Of a stretch of DNA of 64,000 nucleotides, positions 1 to 10,404 are shown one piece after another. The number at the start of each line of letters is the position of its first letter. Position 1 is the stretch's first letter. This stretch comes from an uncultured bacterium. GTDB taxonomy: Bacteria > Verrucomicrobiota > Verrucomicrobiia > Limisphaerales > UBA8199. The notes under the pieces are model-generated. The model made no database searches and was not told where the DNA came from. It saw only the letters and a program-made list of their open reading frames with translations. The DNA is taken from the NCBI GenBank assembly GCA_963749495.1, contig CAVVMW010000022.1, positions 448,001 through 512,000 on the forward strand. The letters run 5' to 3'. The translations under genes were made by a program, and so were the position numbers.

Positions 1-223
1 CTCTAAGATCGATCACTCCATTGGCAGGTTTCTCAAACAGGCATGCCGTGTCAGCGGTTTGCGACCCCGCCAACCGAGGACCAACCTTTCTGAGCATTGC
101 GCACAACATATTCCAAAAAAGTTCGGCCGCGAATACACAGGACACCAGCAGTCGCACGCTAACAGAAACGAGGGCGCACGGCAACTACACGTTCGTGCAG
201 GTCAGGTTGCAGACGGCGGAACC

Positions 224-1126
224 TTACGGGCCGGGCAGGAGGCGCCTCTGCGCGGCGACAAGGGCGGCGCGGCAGTGGACCCCGGCGCGGTCAAACATCA
301 CTCTGAGATGATGAGCTACCGTTTCCTCGCTGATCCCCAGTTTGTCGGCTATCTCCTTATCTGCGAGGCCTTTAGCGACCAGGCTGTGGATCTGCGCCTG
401 GCGATGAGTCAGTGCGGTTGAGGCTCCCTCATCTGACACGCAGGCCGCACGGACCATTCGCCCTGCCCTCAGGATAGGTGCGGACCCTCTACCGGCTGGC
501 ACCTTCTCCGCGTTGCTTCTTGGGTAAGAGAGCGACATTGGACGCTGGTCTGGGGTAATGGGGCGACAATCGGGGCGCGGCCCCGCCGATCCGAAACCTG
601 TCAGGGCACCGCCAGCCAAACTGACTTCCAGTTCCGCGAGGTTCTCCAAACACCACTTATACACCACCAAGCTGGAGGAAGCCTCGGGATCAGGCGTCAA
701 TCCATGGCCCGCCGGACCATTCAAAAAAGTGGCGGGCGGGCCTTGGAAATAGCGGTGGAATTCGCGGTAGAAATGGCTGCGGTCGTAATACCGAAGATCT
801 CGGATCACTGACTCGATCTTCGATCCGCTGGACAATCGGAGGAGAGCCCGCCACAGCCGCAAGTCGCCAAGCCACCGACGCGGAGAACACGACAGCCGTG
901 CGTGGAAGAACCTCTCCAGGGTCCGCAGGGAGACCCCGATCAGGGCCGCTAGCTTTGCAGGATCGTATTTGGCCTGGTCGGCTTTCTGTGCCCAGTCCTT
1001 GAGGGTCACAATCTGGCTCCGTCGCATCACTGCGCAGAATATCGAGAATGCCATCTCGCGCAAGCGATTTCTTGCCCCTCTCTCAACGCCCCGATCCTTC
1101 CGGAAGGATTCGGCTACCAATGGCAT
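224..1126 (-). CDS. Transcriptional regulator with N-terminal AraC-type double HTH and C-terminal LuxR-type HTH (start may be 1054 or 1027)
   Basis: AraC motif LAALIGVSLRTLERFF...SPRRWL..LRL...L.YYDRSHFYREFHRYFQGPP; LuxR motif LTHRQAQIHSLVAKGLADKEIADKLGISEETVAHHL. Confidence 0.8.
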   Translation of the reverse strand: MPLVAESFRKDRGVERGARNRLREMAFSIFCAVMRRSQIVTLKDWAQKADQAKYDPAKLAALIGVSLRTLERFFHARLSCSPRRWLGDLRLWRALLRLSSGSKIESVIRDLRYYDRSHFYREFHRYFQGPPATFLNGPAGHGLTPDPEASSSLVVYKWCLENLAELEVSLAGGALTGFGSAGPRPDCRPITPDQRPMSLSYPRSNAEKVPAGRGSAPILRAGRMVRAACVSDEGASTALTHRQAQIHSLVAKGLADKEIADKLGISEETVAHHLRVMFDRAGVHCRAALVAAQRRLLPGP

Positions 1127-1195
1127 CCTCGATGCTCGCTAAGAAACGCCCGAGTCGGACACCGAAGACGCACGTTGGAGCATGCCGAGTCGGTG

Positions 1196-1495
1196 TTATG
1201 AGAGGAAAGTTGATTGACAGACGGCAGAGATCACCCCGCCATCGCCTTGCTTGGGCATATCGTCATCATTGTTCCAGCCTGAAGGAGTTCGGGCAATGGG
1301 GCGGTCCTCCGTGAATCGAGCAATATAGGCGATGGAATTGAGCAGCAGCGCCTGCCCCGTCTCGTTCATCTCGGCGGGTGCGAGGTCGAAAGCAAAGGGC
1401 AGCAAATGGCCTTGGCGCCACAAGGCCCTTCCATGCAGGTCCTTTTCGTTGAGACCGCCGCAGATGATCTCGATTTCGGGCGAATCAATCAGGCG
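1196..1495 (-). pseudogene. Fragment of an uncharacterised protein, homologous to the fragment at 33851-34225
   Basis: SPEIEIICGGLNEK..ALWRQGHLLPFAFDLAPAEMNETGQALLLNSIAYIARF aligns by eye with APDTEILAAGYNTGK..AVGRQANFLQWGFSAPPSKMTDAGRNFFLNSVCYIAKF. Confidence 0.55.
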
Positions 1496-1532
1496 AGAGG
1501 TCGGTCCGGGTCCTGGTAGATTGGACGATGAA

Positions 1533-1554
1533 AATGTTGCCAATTGGCAACATT
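1533..1554. promoter_or_regulatory. Perfect 22-bp palindrome, putative protein-binding site
   Basis: AATGTTGCCAATTGGCAACATT is its own reverse complement. Confidence 0.55.
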
Positions 1555-1988
1555 CCGTAAATCGTTGACGCAGAGAGGTTTAGATCTGCATTTGCCTCGG
1601 ATCGCTCCGAAGATGCACCTGCCTCCGATCAAAGGACCATCGGCCTGGCTCAACCTCCCGGCCGTTTCGGAAAAGGATACCAGAGTTGAGATTGCTGAAA
1701 GATCGTGCCTTGGAGGACCGTATGTACCGTGAAGCCACCGTGTGCTCCGGCAGGGGCGTCTGAAGGGTTCGGTCCAGAATGAGACCGGGGCAGATACAGT
1801 GCTGTTGACGTGGTCGGGTTTCGTCATGAACCACTGCTAATGTGAGACGAATCAACTCCGTAAATGGTTGCCGCGGGACCTCTAGCAGGCGGCACACTTC
1901 CCACAAGTTGACCTGGGAAAGGGCTGACAGCAAGCACGTTGAAGTGCTCTGCGGGCCGATGTTGAATGCACCTTGCATAGTGCTGCCG

Positions 1989-2636
1989 ATGACCGAACAG
2001 GAACAGAATCGGCTGAGAGATTGCGAAAATATCTTGCGGCGTGGTTTGCGCGTCTTCCTTGAGGTCGGGAATGCGTTGCTGACGATTCGGGAGCAAAAAC
2101 TCTTCCGGGCTACTCATCCGACCTTTGAACGCTACTGCAAGGAGTGTTGGGGGATTTGCCGCTCATACGCCTGGAGAGTAATGGGTGCCGCCGAACGCAT
2201 CAGGTTGCTCCCAGAGAGTTGTGATCTCCCAAGGCCAGCCAATGAGTTCCAGATCCGCCCATTTCTCAAGCTCGAACTGGAGGAATTCCCGGGCTGCTGG
2301 CAAGAGGTGATCAACAGGGCGAAGGATGGGAAGGTGACTCCGGGTTTGGTGCGCCAGGTTGTAAAGGAACGCTTGCCAAGAGATAGCCAGGGAAGTGTTG
2401 GGAAAGGGCATATCAAGCCAGGCAAGTCGAAAAGCCATGCTCAGCTCGGACAGATCCTGGCCCTTCTCAACGAGGCGAAGCGCAACGTACAGACAGGAGA
2501 CACGGATCAGGTGCTTGAGGCTCTGGAGAGGATCGAGACACTGCTTTTTGGGCAAAGGGTTTCAGAGTTGGAGGTCCACAGCGAATCAACATCTTGGGCT
2601 CATTTGTCAGGACAAGCGTCAGAGTCAAATGGCTGA
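1989..2636 (+). CDS. Phage/plasmid-type putative DNA-binding protein
   Basis: Motif FLEVGNALLTIREQKLFRATHPTFERYCKECWGICRSYAWR...PANEFQIRP typical of mobile-element HTH proteins; ATG at 1989. Confidence 0.65.
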   Translation: MTEQEQNRLRDCENILRRGLRVFLEVGNALLTIREQKLFRATHPTFERYCKECWGICRSYAWRVMGAAERIRLLPESCDLPRPANEFQIRPFLKLELEEFPGCWQEVINRAKDGKVTPGLVRQVVKERLPRDSQGSVGKGHIKPGKSKSHAQLGQILALLNEAKRNVQTGDTDQVLEALERIETLLFGQRVSELEVHSESTSWAHLSGQASESNG

Positions 2637-3295
2637 CCTTCGAGTTGCTTGCCTTCGGGTACCGCCTTGGTCACTCCGCATGGACTGGGCAGTTTATCTC
2701 CCTGGCACCATGAACGGCGGCCACATGCACCCTCAAAGCCCAAGGATGTTTCCAGGTGTTTTTCGGCAGGGCATCCAGTTCCCTCAACGCCTCATCCACC
2801 TCCCCCAATTTCAGCCAGAATTCCGCAGCTTTCCCGGATGGCATCTTCTGACGGGAGATGGGCGCCCTTCAGGTTCACGGAGTTCAAGGAGAGGTCGCTT
2901 TCCTGCTCAAACCGAGGTTCGATGCTGATTGATTCTCCCTGTTCTTTCGGTCCGCAGCGGTAATTGCACGAATAGCGCTGTGGAGCAAAAGAGCAGGCAC
3001 GGAATATGCTCTCTTTTTATGGAGTGGTGAATTCAAGGGCAACTCCTCCTGAACGAATCTGCAACAAACCTCATTTTCGCCCCCCTCCCCAACACGAGGA
3101 GAAGCAATCGCCGGCAGCTTCTACAAGAGTTCCATCTTCGCATACCGTTCGGGGTTGGGTTGGGGAACCGATGGGCTTCAATACCTTAATTCGGCTCGGC
3201 CTCAAGCTCGCGGTTGAGCCCGATTTTCGTGAAGGTCTGCCTGCTGCTCTTTACTTGCCGTAGGCAGCCGACGGTGAGCCCATCGTGAAAGTGGT

Positions 3296-4108
3296 TCACC
3301 GCCAGCGTACTTCGGCATCGAGCAACGCCTTCGCTCGCAACTCGGCCTGTCCAGTCGCCGCTCGAAACCGATCGACAACTTCACCGGTGGTCAGCTTACG
3401 TTTCTCATCACCTTTGACATCGAAAATGACTTTTCCGCTATGCAGCATCACGAGCCGGTGGCCATACAGGATCGCCAGAGACACGTTGTGCGTAACCATC
3501 AGCGTCGTCAGCGACATCTCTGACACTAGCCGGTCCGTGATTCGCATCACGGTTTCACCAGCAACGGGATCGAGAGACGCGACATGCTCGTCCAGCAGGA
3601 GAATCTTGGGCCTTGATAGGCACGCTATCGCCAATGCGAGAGCTTGGCGCTGGCCAGCCGAAAGATTTTGAACCTCCGTCCGCAATCGTTCCTCCAGCCC
3701 CAGTCCGAGAGAAGCAAGCACCTCCTTTGCTCGACAACGGCGGCTCGCATTCGCAGCCCAATGGAGCGTAGGCCGTTGCCCGTGAACAAAAGCCATTGCC
3801 ATATTTTCCTCGACGCTCATCCCGGGAGCCGTCCCGAGGGACGGGTTCTGAAACACGCGGCCAATGAACCGGGATCTTCGGTGCTCTGGCCAGTCTGTCA
3901 CGTCAGTCCCATTCAACTCAATCCGGCCGGAGTTTGGAACACAGGTTCCAGCAATGGCATTCAACAATGTAGTTTTGCCGGAGCCGTTGCTACCGATGAT
4001 GGCTACGAACTCGCTGTCGCCGACATCGAGGGAGAGCCCTGCGAGGGCACGCACTTCGTCAGCCGTGCCCTTGTTGTAGATATGCTCTATATCTGATAGT
4101 CGGATCAC
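3296..4108 (-). CDS. ABC transporter ATP-binding subunit (putative Trp/Tyr-type importer family)
   Basis: Walker A GSNGSGKT, VFQNP, LSAGQRQ signature, LLLDEH, MVTHN. Confidence 0.95.
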   Translation of the reverse strand: MIRLSDIEHIYNKGTADEVRALAGLSLDVGDSEFVAIIGSNGSGKTTLLNAIAGTCVPNSGRIELNGTDVTDWPEHRRSRFIGRVFQNPSLGTAPGMSVEENMAMAFVHGQRPTLHWAANASRRCRAKEVLASLGLGLEERLRTEVQNLSAGQRQALALAIACLSRPKILLLDEHVASLDPVAGETVMRITDRLVSEMSLTTLMVTHNVSLAILYGHRLVMLHSGKVIFDVKGDEKRKLTTGEVVDRFRAATGQAELRAKALLDAEVRWR

Positions 4109-5002
4109 GGGAGATTCAGCTTGAGGGCCTCTGACACTTTTCGTGCTCGGGGGTGGCGGATTGCTGGAATGGCAAGAGCCGTAACCACGATGACTCCAGT
4201 TGCCAACCTGACGTCAGTGGCCGCAAGACCAAGCCGCAGAGCAACTGCAATGACCAGTTGGTAGGCAATGGTCCCGAAGACTGCGGACAGCACCAAACGG
4301 AGCGCCGTTCGCGGCTTGAGCATGGTCTGGCCCATGACCATGGCTGCCAAACCAATAATGACAATGCCGATGCCCATGGTTGCATCAGCAAAGCCTTGCT
4401 CCTGAGCAACCATCGCTCCCGATAGCGCCACCAAGCCGTTCGCAAGGGAAACGCCCACGACTGTCAGCGCACCAGCGTTGACGCCAAGAGTTCGGACGAC
4501 CTGCTCGTTTTCCCCGCTTGCCCGGATAAACAAACCGAGTTCGGTGTGAAGAAGCCACCAAAGAAGCCAGCCAACAATCGAAAACAAGACGGCAAATGCA
4601 ACGATGACTGGGACGCCACCAGGGCCACCCATCCTCTCAAGGGGCGACAATAGCGTCTCAGAGCGAAGAAGCGACACATTTGCCCTGCCCATCACTCGGA
4701 GGTTGACCGAGTAGAGCATAAACATGACGAGGATGCCGGATAGAAGTTTGCTAATCCGAAATCTGACGTTGAGCAGTCCAGTGATAACGCCGGCCGCAAG
4801 GCCGGCAACGATGGCAAGCGCGACTGCCAGCGCGGGGCAGGCCGGCGGCCATCGTCGTTGCCGCGACAGCGCCACCCAACGCAAAACTGCCGTCAACCGT
4901 GAGATCGGGAAATCCAACAACGCGAAAGCTCACCATCACACCGAGGGTGGCGATTCCGTAAACCAACCCCTGCTCTAAGGCGACGAGTATTATGTCAATC
5001 AC
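4105..5002 (-). CDS. ABC transporter permease (putative Trp/Tyr-type), frameshift near 4835
   Basis: N-terminus EQGLVYG...FPDLTVDGSFALGGAV (ORF 4751-5002) continues in ORF 4105-4920 (LLSGILVM..LYSVNLRVMGRAN..GLFIRASGEN..QGFADATMGIG). Confidence 0.9.
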
Positions 5003-5013
5003 GGCGCTCCTAT

Positions 5014-6060
5014 CTAGCGGATGACCTTTTGAGCCCTCGCGATGATGGCCTCTGGGACCGTTACGCCCATCCGCTTCGCGGCCTGCAAGTTGACGATAAG
5101 ATCATAGTTCCGAGGAATTGCTGTTGGGATGTCAGCGGGTTTCTTGCCGTCTTTCAGGATCTTGACGGCAAGCGCCGCACTGAGTTTCCCAATGTCGTAG
5201 TAGTTGATGCTCAAAGTTGCTAGCGCCCCTTTTTCGACGCTTCCAGGATCGCCGGCAAGCAGCGGAAGACGTACTTCCTCGGCCACCTTGATCATCGAGT
5301 CAGAGGCGGTGATCGCGGTGTTGTCGGCCGGTATATACATTGCGTCACAGCGCCCCACTAAAGACCGCGCTGCTTGAAGCACTTCGCCCGTTGATGTCAC
5401 TGGGGCTTCCACAAGCTTCAGTGCGAGTCCCTTTGCAGCCTTGCGGACCACTTGCATGGTGGCAACGGAGTTCGCCTCGCCGGGATTGTGAACCACTCCC
5501 AACGTCTTTAGGTTGGGCACAATCTCGCGCAATAACTCCAACTGCTCCGTCACCGGCCAAACATCGCTTGTACCTGTCAAGTTGTTTCCTGACGACTTCA
5601 AAGAGTTAACCAGCCTTGCGCTTACAGGGTCGGTGATCGCACCGAAGACAATGGGAATGGTCGCGGTCGCTTTCGCTGCTGCTTGGGCTGACGGCGTCGC
5701 GATCGCGAAAATCAGCTCAAGCCTGTCTGAAACGAATTTACGCGCAATGAGGACGGTCTTCGATACATCACCGTCGGCGCTCTCGAATTCGTACACGACA
5801 TTCTTGCCTTCAACATAGCCCGCCTCTGCCATGCCGCTCTTGAACCCTTCACGCACCTGGTCAAGGATGGGATTGGGTTGGTATTGGGTGAGTCCAACTC
5901 TTGTCACAGACACCTGGGTGGAGGGTTTGCAGCCCCCTCCCATCAGGCTGAGCACCATTAATAGTGTCACGGCCCAGGCCCCGGGCCTTACCGCTATGAG
6001 TGAAAGGCGATTAGCGACCCTGTCTATCGCTTTTGAAAGAACTTGCATTGTGCTTTGCAT
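5014..6060 (-). CDS. ABC transporter substrate-binding lipoprotein (ABC_sub_bind family, aromatic amino acid-type)
   Basis: Lipobox-like MGGGC; AIATPSAQA, PIVFGAITDPV, GNNLTGTSD, NPGEANS, PADNT motifs. Confidence 0.9.
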   Translation of the reverse strand: MQSTMQVLSKAIDRVANRLSLIAVRPGAWAVTLLMVLSLMGGGCKPSTQVSVTRVGLTQYQPNPILDQVREGFKSGMAEAGYVEGKNVVYEFESADGDVSKTVLIARKFVSDRLELIFAIATPSAQAAAKATATIPIVFGAITDPVSARLVNSLKSSGNNLTGTSDVWPVTEQLELLREIVPNLKTLGVVHNPGEANSVATMQVVRKAAKGLALKLVEAPVTSTGEVLQAARSLVGRCDAMYIPADNTAITASDSMIKVAEEVRLPLLAGDPGSVEKGALATLSINYYDIGKLSAALAVKILKDGKKPADIPTAIPRNYDLIVNLQAAKRMGVTVPEAIIARAQKVIR

Positions 6061-7037
6061 AGCAGTCTCTGTAATTGTTGGTTCGTTAAGGATCCCTTGG
6101 TTGCCGACGCTGCGTGGCCTGCGGCTCCCGTGAATCTACCGTCGCGGAAGCGGCCACAAAAGAGGCAGCAGAAAAGCTCTTCCTTGGCGTCCGCATCACT
6201 GGCGCTGGTTATGAACTGCTGCTTGGACGTCAGGGTTGCGGCCATGAAAGCCTCCGCCTTTTGGCGTACTGCATCGAAACGTCGCTGGAATTCGCCAGTG
6301 ACCTCTTCTTTGGAAATGAGATTTCGGCTGCCGCTGAGGCCGCGACCTGAGAAGGAGCGGCAGTCTATGGGCAACCGAAACCCAATCGCCCCATCCACCA
6401 GGAGGAAGTCGTTGTCCTTCCAGTTGTCTATTGCCTGATTAGTAGGTAGAAATGCAAGATGCGCTCCGGCTGCCAAGTGCGCATTCAACGCTTTCCATGC
6501 TTTATTGAGGCGGCGTTTACGGCCCTGGTTCAGAATGAATACACGCGTGACACCGCCTAGGTTTTTGTTAACACGGTCTTTGGTACCCCTCAGGAAGTTT
6601 ACGTAGCCTCGCGCGTGTCGTCCCTCTTCTCCCCAAACCTCGAAACCAACGGTTCTCCGAAACCACTTCTTCCGCAGGTCTGAAATATCACAAGCCATAA
6701 CTCCGAGTGGTGCGCCGCCCTGAACTCCTAGGGCAATATGTTCCACCAACCGCTTCAGCAAATCCGGTCCGCCCCGGCGGCTTTGAAATTCAGGTAGCGT
6801 AAAGAACTGTGGAACATAATAATCGCGGCGTTTGTGAAATTCGGGCTTATCCATCGGATCCTCCTTTTTTCTCTGGAGGCGCCAAGCCCAAAAGGAGCCG
6901 AGTGCAATGAAACCACACGCTAGCATGTACGGCCACAGTTGCCGCAGGCTTAAGCCAAGGAGCCCAGTCCCACCAGCCAGCGCAATTGCGGGAGCAAGCA
7001 CCTCGTAAATATGTTCGGGTTTCCTGAGGAAATGCAT
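6024..7037 (-). CDS. Hypothetical protein with two N-terminal TM helices and a soluble domain of possible PLD-like fold
   Basis: Two hydrophobic segments within the first ~55 aa; VTRVFIL...DFLLVDG...FQRRFDAV pattern; operonic with flanking genes. Confidence 0.65.
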   Translation of the reverse strand: MHFLRKPEHIYEVLAPAIALAGGTGLLGLSLRQLWPYMLACGFIALGSFWAWRLQRKKEDPMDKPEFHKRRDYYVPQFFTLPEFQSRRGGPDLLKRLVEHIALGVQGGAPLGVMACDISDLRKKWFRRTVGFEVWGEEGRHARGYVNFLRGTKDRVNKNLGGVTRVFILNQGRKRRLNKAWKALNAHLAAGAHLAFLPTNQAIDNWKDNDFLLVDGAIGFRLPIDCRSFSGRGLSGSRNLISKEEVTGEFQRRFDAVRQKAEAFMAATLTSKQQFITSASDADAKEELFCCLFCGRFRDGRFTGAAGHAASATKGSLTNQQLQRLLCKAQCKFFQKR

Positions 7038-7054
7038 GTTTCAAGGTGATGCCG

Positions 7055-8194
7055 CTAAGTGTTGTCTTCCCAGCATCCCCTGCTCTCAAGCAGTCGATCA
7101 GGGTTGTCGGGGCGGGGGTTCCTGCGAGCAGGACAGCCGTAGCATTCTCGATTCTTAAACAAATCACAGGTTGCGCAGTGTCCTTCAAGTCGGGTGAAAA
7201 TCTCGCGGACTCTACGCATTGCTGAGCCGTACCAAACTGCAGCTAGACCGTGCTTCCGGACGTCGCCTAGACGCAAGCGAGCCCCGGGGCACGGGAACGC
7301 AGCGCCGTGGATGTCAACGTAAACACCTAACTCAAGCTGCCGACAGGGAAAGCCAGCCAGATATGGTGGCTGGACTGGGTACTCGAATCCGAACTCTTGG
7401 TCCACACGATGCACTTCCTGAGCAATGGCCCTCACTGAACCGGCATCAACTTCCAATTCCAGCCTCTCCCTCGCCTTTCCCACAGGCATGCAGGGTTTGA
7501 TCTCGGGAAATATGTTGTGTTCTCGGCACCATCGAACCAAGCTCGGCAATTCCTTGAGGTTGGCCTTTGTTATCACTGAATCTACGCCCAGCCGAGTGGG
7601 CACTTCATCCGCGAAGCCGATGGCCAACAGGGTGGCGAGTGCTCGATCACGTTGGGCTGCGTATCCGTTGACGCCCGCAAGGCGATCTTGGGCGTATGGG
7701 TCAAGGCTGTTGGCTTTCACGATCACGGAACAGCCGAGATCGAACAGCCTCCTCGCAACCTCGCCTGTTACCCGCGTACCATTCGTGAACACGAGGGGGA
7801 CGAGGCCCTTCCGCGAGATGTGCGTCACCTGCTGCCAGAAGAACCTGTCGAGCAACGGCTCTCCTGCTCCGACAAGGTGAACGCTTATGCAGCCCAAGTC
7901 CGCGGCTTCATCAACGAGGTGCAGCCGCTCCAGGATCGTCAGATCGTCGGGACCCGGACGATTCCCAGCGTCCCGGTAGCAATAGACGCAGCGCAGGTCG
8001 CACAAGTCGGACGTTTCGGCGCACAGCATGAGCATTCGACCGCATTTTCTCACGCTGTCTATCTCGGCACCTGAGAACTGCCATCCACGAATCGCCGGGG
8101 GCCGGTTTGCCCCCTGAACGCAATCGGCCGCGTGGGTCCGCGCTGCCTGCGGGCGCACTTCAGTTGGCGAAGGAATCGTTGCCATTTCGTTCAT
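7055..8194 (-). CDS. Radical SAM protein with C-terminal SPASM domain (PqqE/NirJ/AhbD-like)
   Basis: CDLRCVYC motif, GAGEPLL, FTNGT; SPASM cysteines CRQL..G.AFPC..LGDV..CATC..ECYGC..GC. Confidence 0.92.
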   Translation of the reverse strand: MNEMATIPSPTEVRPQAARTHAADCVQGANRPPAIRGWQFSGAEIDSVRKCGRMLMLCAETSDLCDLRCVYCYRDAGNRPGPDDLTILERLHLVDEAADLGCISVHLVGAGEPLLDRFFWQQVTHISRKGLVPLVFTNGTRVTGEVARRLFDLGCSVIVKANSLDPYAQDRLAGVNGYAAQRDRALATLLAIGFADEVPTRLGVDSVITKANLKELPSLVRWCREHNIFPEIKPCMPVGKARERLELEVDAGSVRAIAQEVHRVDQEFGFEYPVQPPYLAGFPCRQLELGVYVDIHGAAFPCPGARLRLGDVRKHGLAAVWYGSAMRRVREIFTRLEGHCATCDLFKNRECYGCPARRNPRPDNPDRLLESRGCWEDNT

Positions 8195-8509
8195 GCCGCC
8201 TGCTACTTCTCTCTCCGTTCAGTGCGCGACGGATGCATCTGCGCCGGCGCCCCCAACGATGAGACTCTTTCGGGAGGACATTGTAAGCGCCGACCGGCCC
8301 ATTGCAACGTCAATTTGAACGGCTTCGGGGGTAGGGCAGCGTCAATTCGTGAGATTCGCGCGAAAGAAGGGAAAACGAAGGCACTGAAGTCGTGGGGGTT
8401 TTGGCGCCGTTCCTCGCCTTTGCCACGTGCGGCGACTTTCTCAGCCAGGGCGATCATCCCCGCTGGCGCGGAGCATCGAACCGGGGCAGATTGGCCTTCG
8501 GCAATCGAA

Positions 8510-9040
8510 ATGACACCAAACAAGATTCAAATCCATCGAGCGCCGGTCCTGACGCTTTGGGCATCGGTTGTGGCGGAGAGGCTGGGGTTCAATCACGACA
8601 AAGCGTTATCCCTCGGAAAGGCCGTGGCGGGATTGACGGCGCAGAGCAAGGGCCGACGTTTGGGCATCTTCAAGCCGACCCCGAAGGAACTCAAAAAGGT
8701 CCGTGAGCGTGAACGAGGTGAGGAGTTCAGGGTGGAGCTTTTGGGACGAGCTTTGCCGGCGGTGAACACGGAGGAAGGGGTGCGTGCAGTGGTCAAATCC
8801 CAGCCAATTGAACCTGAGGGAGTCGAACGATATTTGGAGAGCAAATTCGGTGACGCCCTGCCTGAAGCGCGGAAGGCCATGGTGGAGTTGGCCAGTGCTT
8901 TTCACCCGGATGAATTGGCTCAGCAGGCGTTTGGCCTCTACGAACAATTCCGGCCTCAAATTCCAGGAGGCGTCGGTGGTTGGGGTGCGAAGGGAGAGCT
9001 GGACCTTGAGGGCATAAAGAAAATGGCGGTCCAAAAATGA
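8510..9040 (+). CDS. Conserved hypothetical protein
   Basis: IHRAPVLTLWASVVAERLG..A.SKGRRLGI..YLESKFG..AF.LYEQFRP...GWGAKGELDL reads as a conserved family; ATG at 8510. Confidence 0.75.
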   Translation: MTPNKIQIHRAPVLTLWASVVAERLGFNHDKALSLGKAVAGLTAQSKGRRLGIFKPTPKELKKVRERERGEEFRVELLGRALPAVNTEEGVRAVVKSQPIEPEGVERYLESKFGDALPEARKAMVELASAFHPDELAQQAFGLYEQFRPQIPGGVGGWGAKGELDLEGIKKMAVQK

Positions 9041-9132
9041 GACCGAAGAAGCGCAGCTCATTGATTATTCTGTCTCCATCATCAGCGTTTTCGATTACCT
9101 CTGCGCTGCCCTCGTCCGATATGCTGTGGCGT

Positions 9133-9498
9133 ATGAAGACAACCTCAAAACGCTTGCTGTTCTGGGCTCCTCGGGTGTTGTGCATCCTCTTTGCGGTTTT
9201 TCTGAGCCTCTTTGCCCTGGACGTGTTTGACGAGCATCTGGGGTTCTGGAAGACGGTTCTGGCCCTGGCAATTCATCTGATACCGAGCTGGATTGTTCTT
9301 GGCGTCCTGGTGTTGACGTGGCGCTGGGAATGGATCGGGGCAATTCTGTTCAACCTGCTCGCCGTCCTGTACGTGGTCATGGCTTGGGGGCGGTTTCATT
9401 GGTCGGCGTATGCCCTGATTTCCGGTCCGTTGTGCATCGTGGGCGTCCTCTTCCTGCTGAACTGGCTACACCGAGCAGATCTTCGCCCCAGTGCTTGA
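9133..9498 (+). CDS. Small 4-TM membrane protein
   Basis: WAPRVLCILFAVFLSLFALDVF..FWKT..L.IHLIP..W.WEWIG; hydrophobic throughout. Confidence 0.8.
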   Translation: MKTTSKRLLFWAPRVLCILFAVFLSLFALDVFDEHLGFWKTVLALAIHLIPSWIVLGVLVLTWRWEWIGAILFNLLAVLYVVMAWGRFHWSAYALISGPLCIVGVLFLLNWLHRADLRPSA

Positions 9499-9579
9499 GG
9501 TGGCGCGGTTCGGTCGCCAAAGACCAAGTCCAGTCTCCTCTCGTGTTCTGGCCCTCTCAACCTCGAGTATTTTAGCCCC

Positions 9580-9867
9580 ATGGTCGCCCTCACCAATGCC
9601 CAAATCCGCGCTCTCAAGGCCCAGGCTCAGCGACTCAAGGCCACGCTCAAGATCGGCAAGGAAGGCGTCAGCCCGCAGTTCCTCGCCGCCCTGGACCTCG
9701 AACTGGATCGTCACGAGCTGGTCAAGGTGAAGTTCGACGAGTTCAAGGAGCAGAAGAAAGAACTCGCCCCACAACTGGCCGAGAAGAGTTGCAGCCATTT
9801 GGTCATCCGGGTTGGCAACGTCGTGGTGCTCTACCGGCCGAAGCGAGAGGAGGAGAAGCAGGGTTAG
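9580..9867 (+). CDS. yhbY: YhbY/CRM-domain RNA-binding protein
   Basis: LTNAQIRALKAQAQRLK..IGKEG..HELVKVKF..VGNVVVLYR. Confidence 0.95.
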   Translation: MVALTNAQIRALKAQAQRLKATLKIGKEGVSPQFLAALDLELDRHELVKVKFDEFKEQKKELAPQLAEKSCSHLVIRVGNVVVLYRPKREEEKQG

Positions 9868-10404
9868 GGATCAACGAGGCCGGTCAACGTGGATTTGGGC
9901 TCTCTGTAAACAAGGCGCCGTCGATTCGTCATTTCCCGTTGCCGTTTCCCTGGGCGGCCTATAGAGCGGGAAATCGGAAACGCCGCCTCAAAGACCAGCC
10001 GCCGTCCGGTTCAGGTCTCTCGTCAGCGGCCATACGACCAAAAACTGCATGATCCCGTTGAAATACCCGTCTTTTCAGCTTTCCTGGGGGGTGTCAGCGG
10101 TAGGGCCAAGTCGTTAACGTGCGTCCTGGGGCAAGCTGGGGGCTAAGATTTTCAGACGAGTGGGCGGTTGGTGGCGCGAGGGCTGCTTTGGGCCGATGAG
10201 GAGACTTCAACGGCAACGTGCATTGATTGAGCTGCCAATTCCGCTCCAATTGGCGAGAGTTTTGCATGAGAAAGATCCCAGGTTCGAGCACTGTCGCCTC
10301 CAAGATCCATGCACGGCAACACCCTCAGATGCTGGTTCCAGGAGCGGTTGAGAATTAGTAAATGCAAACAACTGTCATGGGATCAAAAAGACTTCCTTTT
10401 TCTA

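Noticed and set aside
8203..8523. Precursor peptide for the radical SAM enzyme
   Set aside because: No leader/core features, overlaps the divergent gene start and looks like intergenic read-through; not supportable
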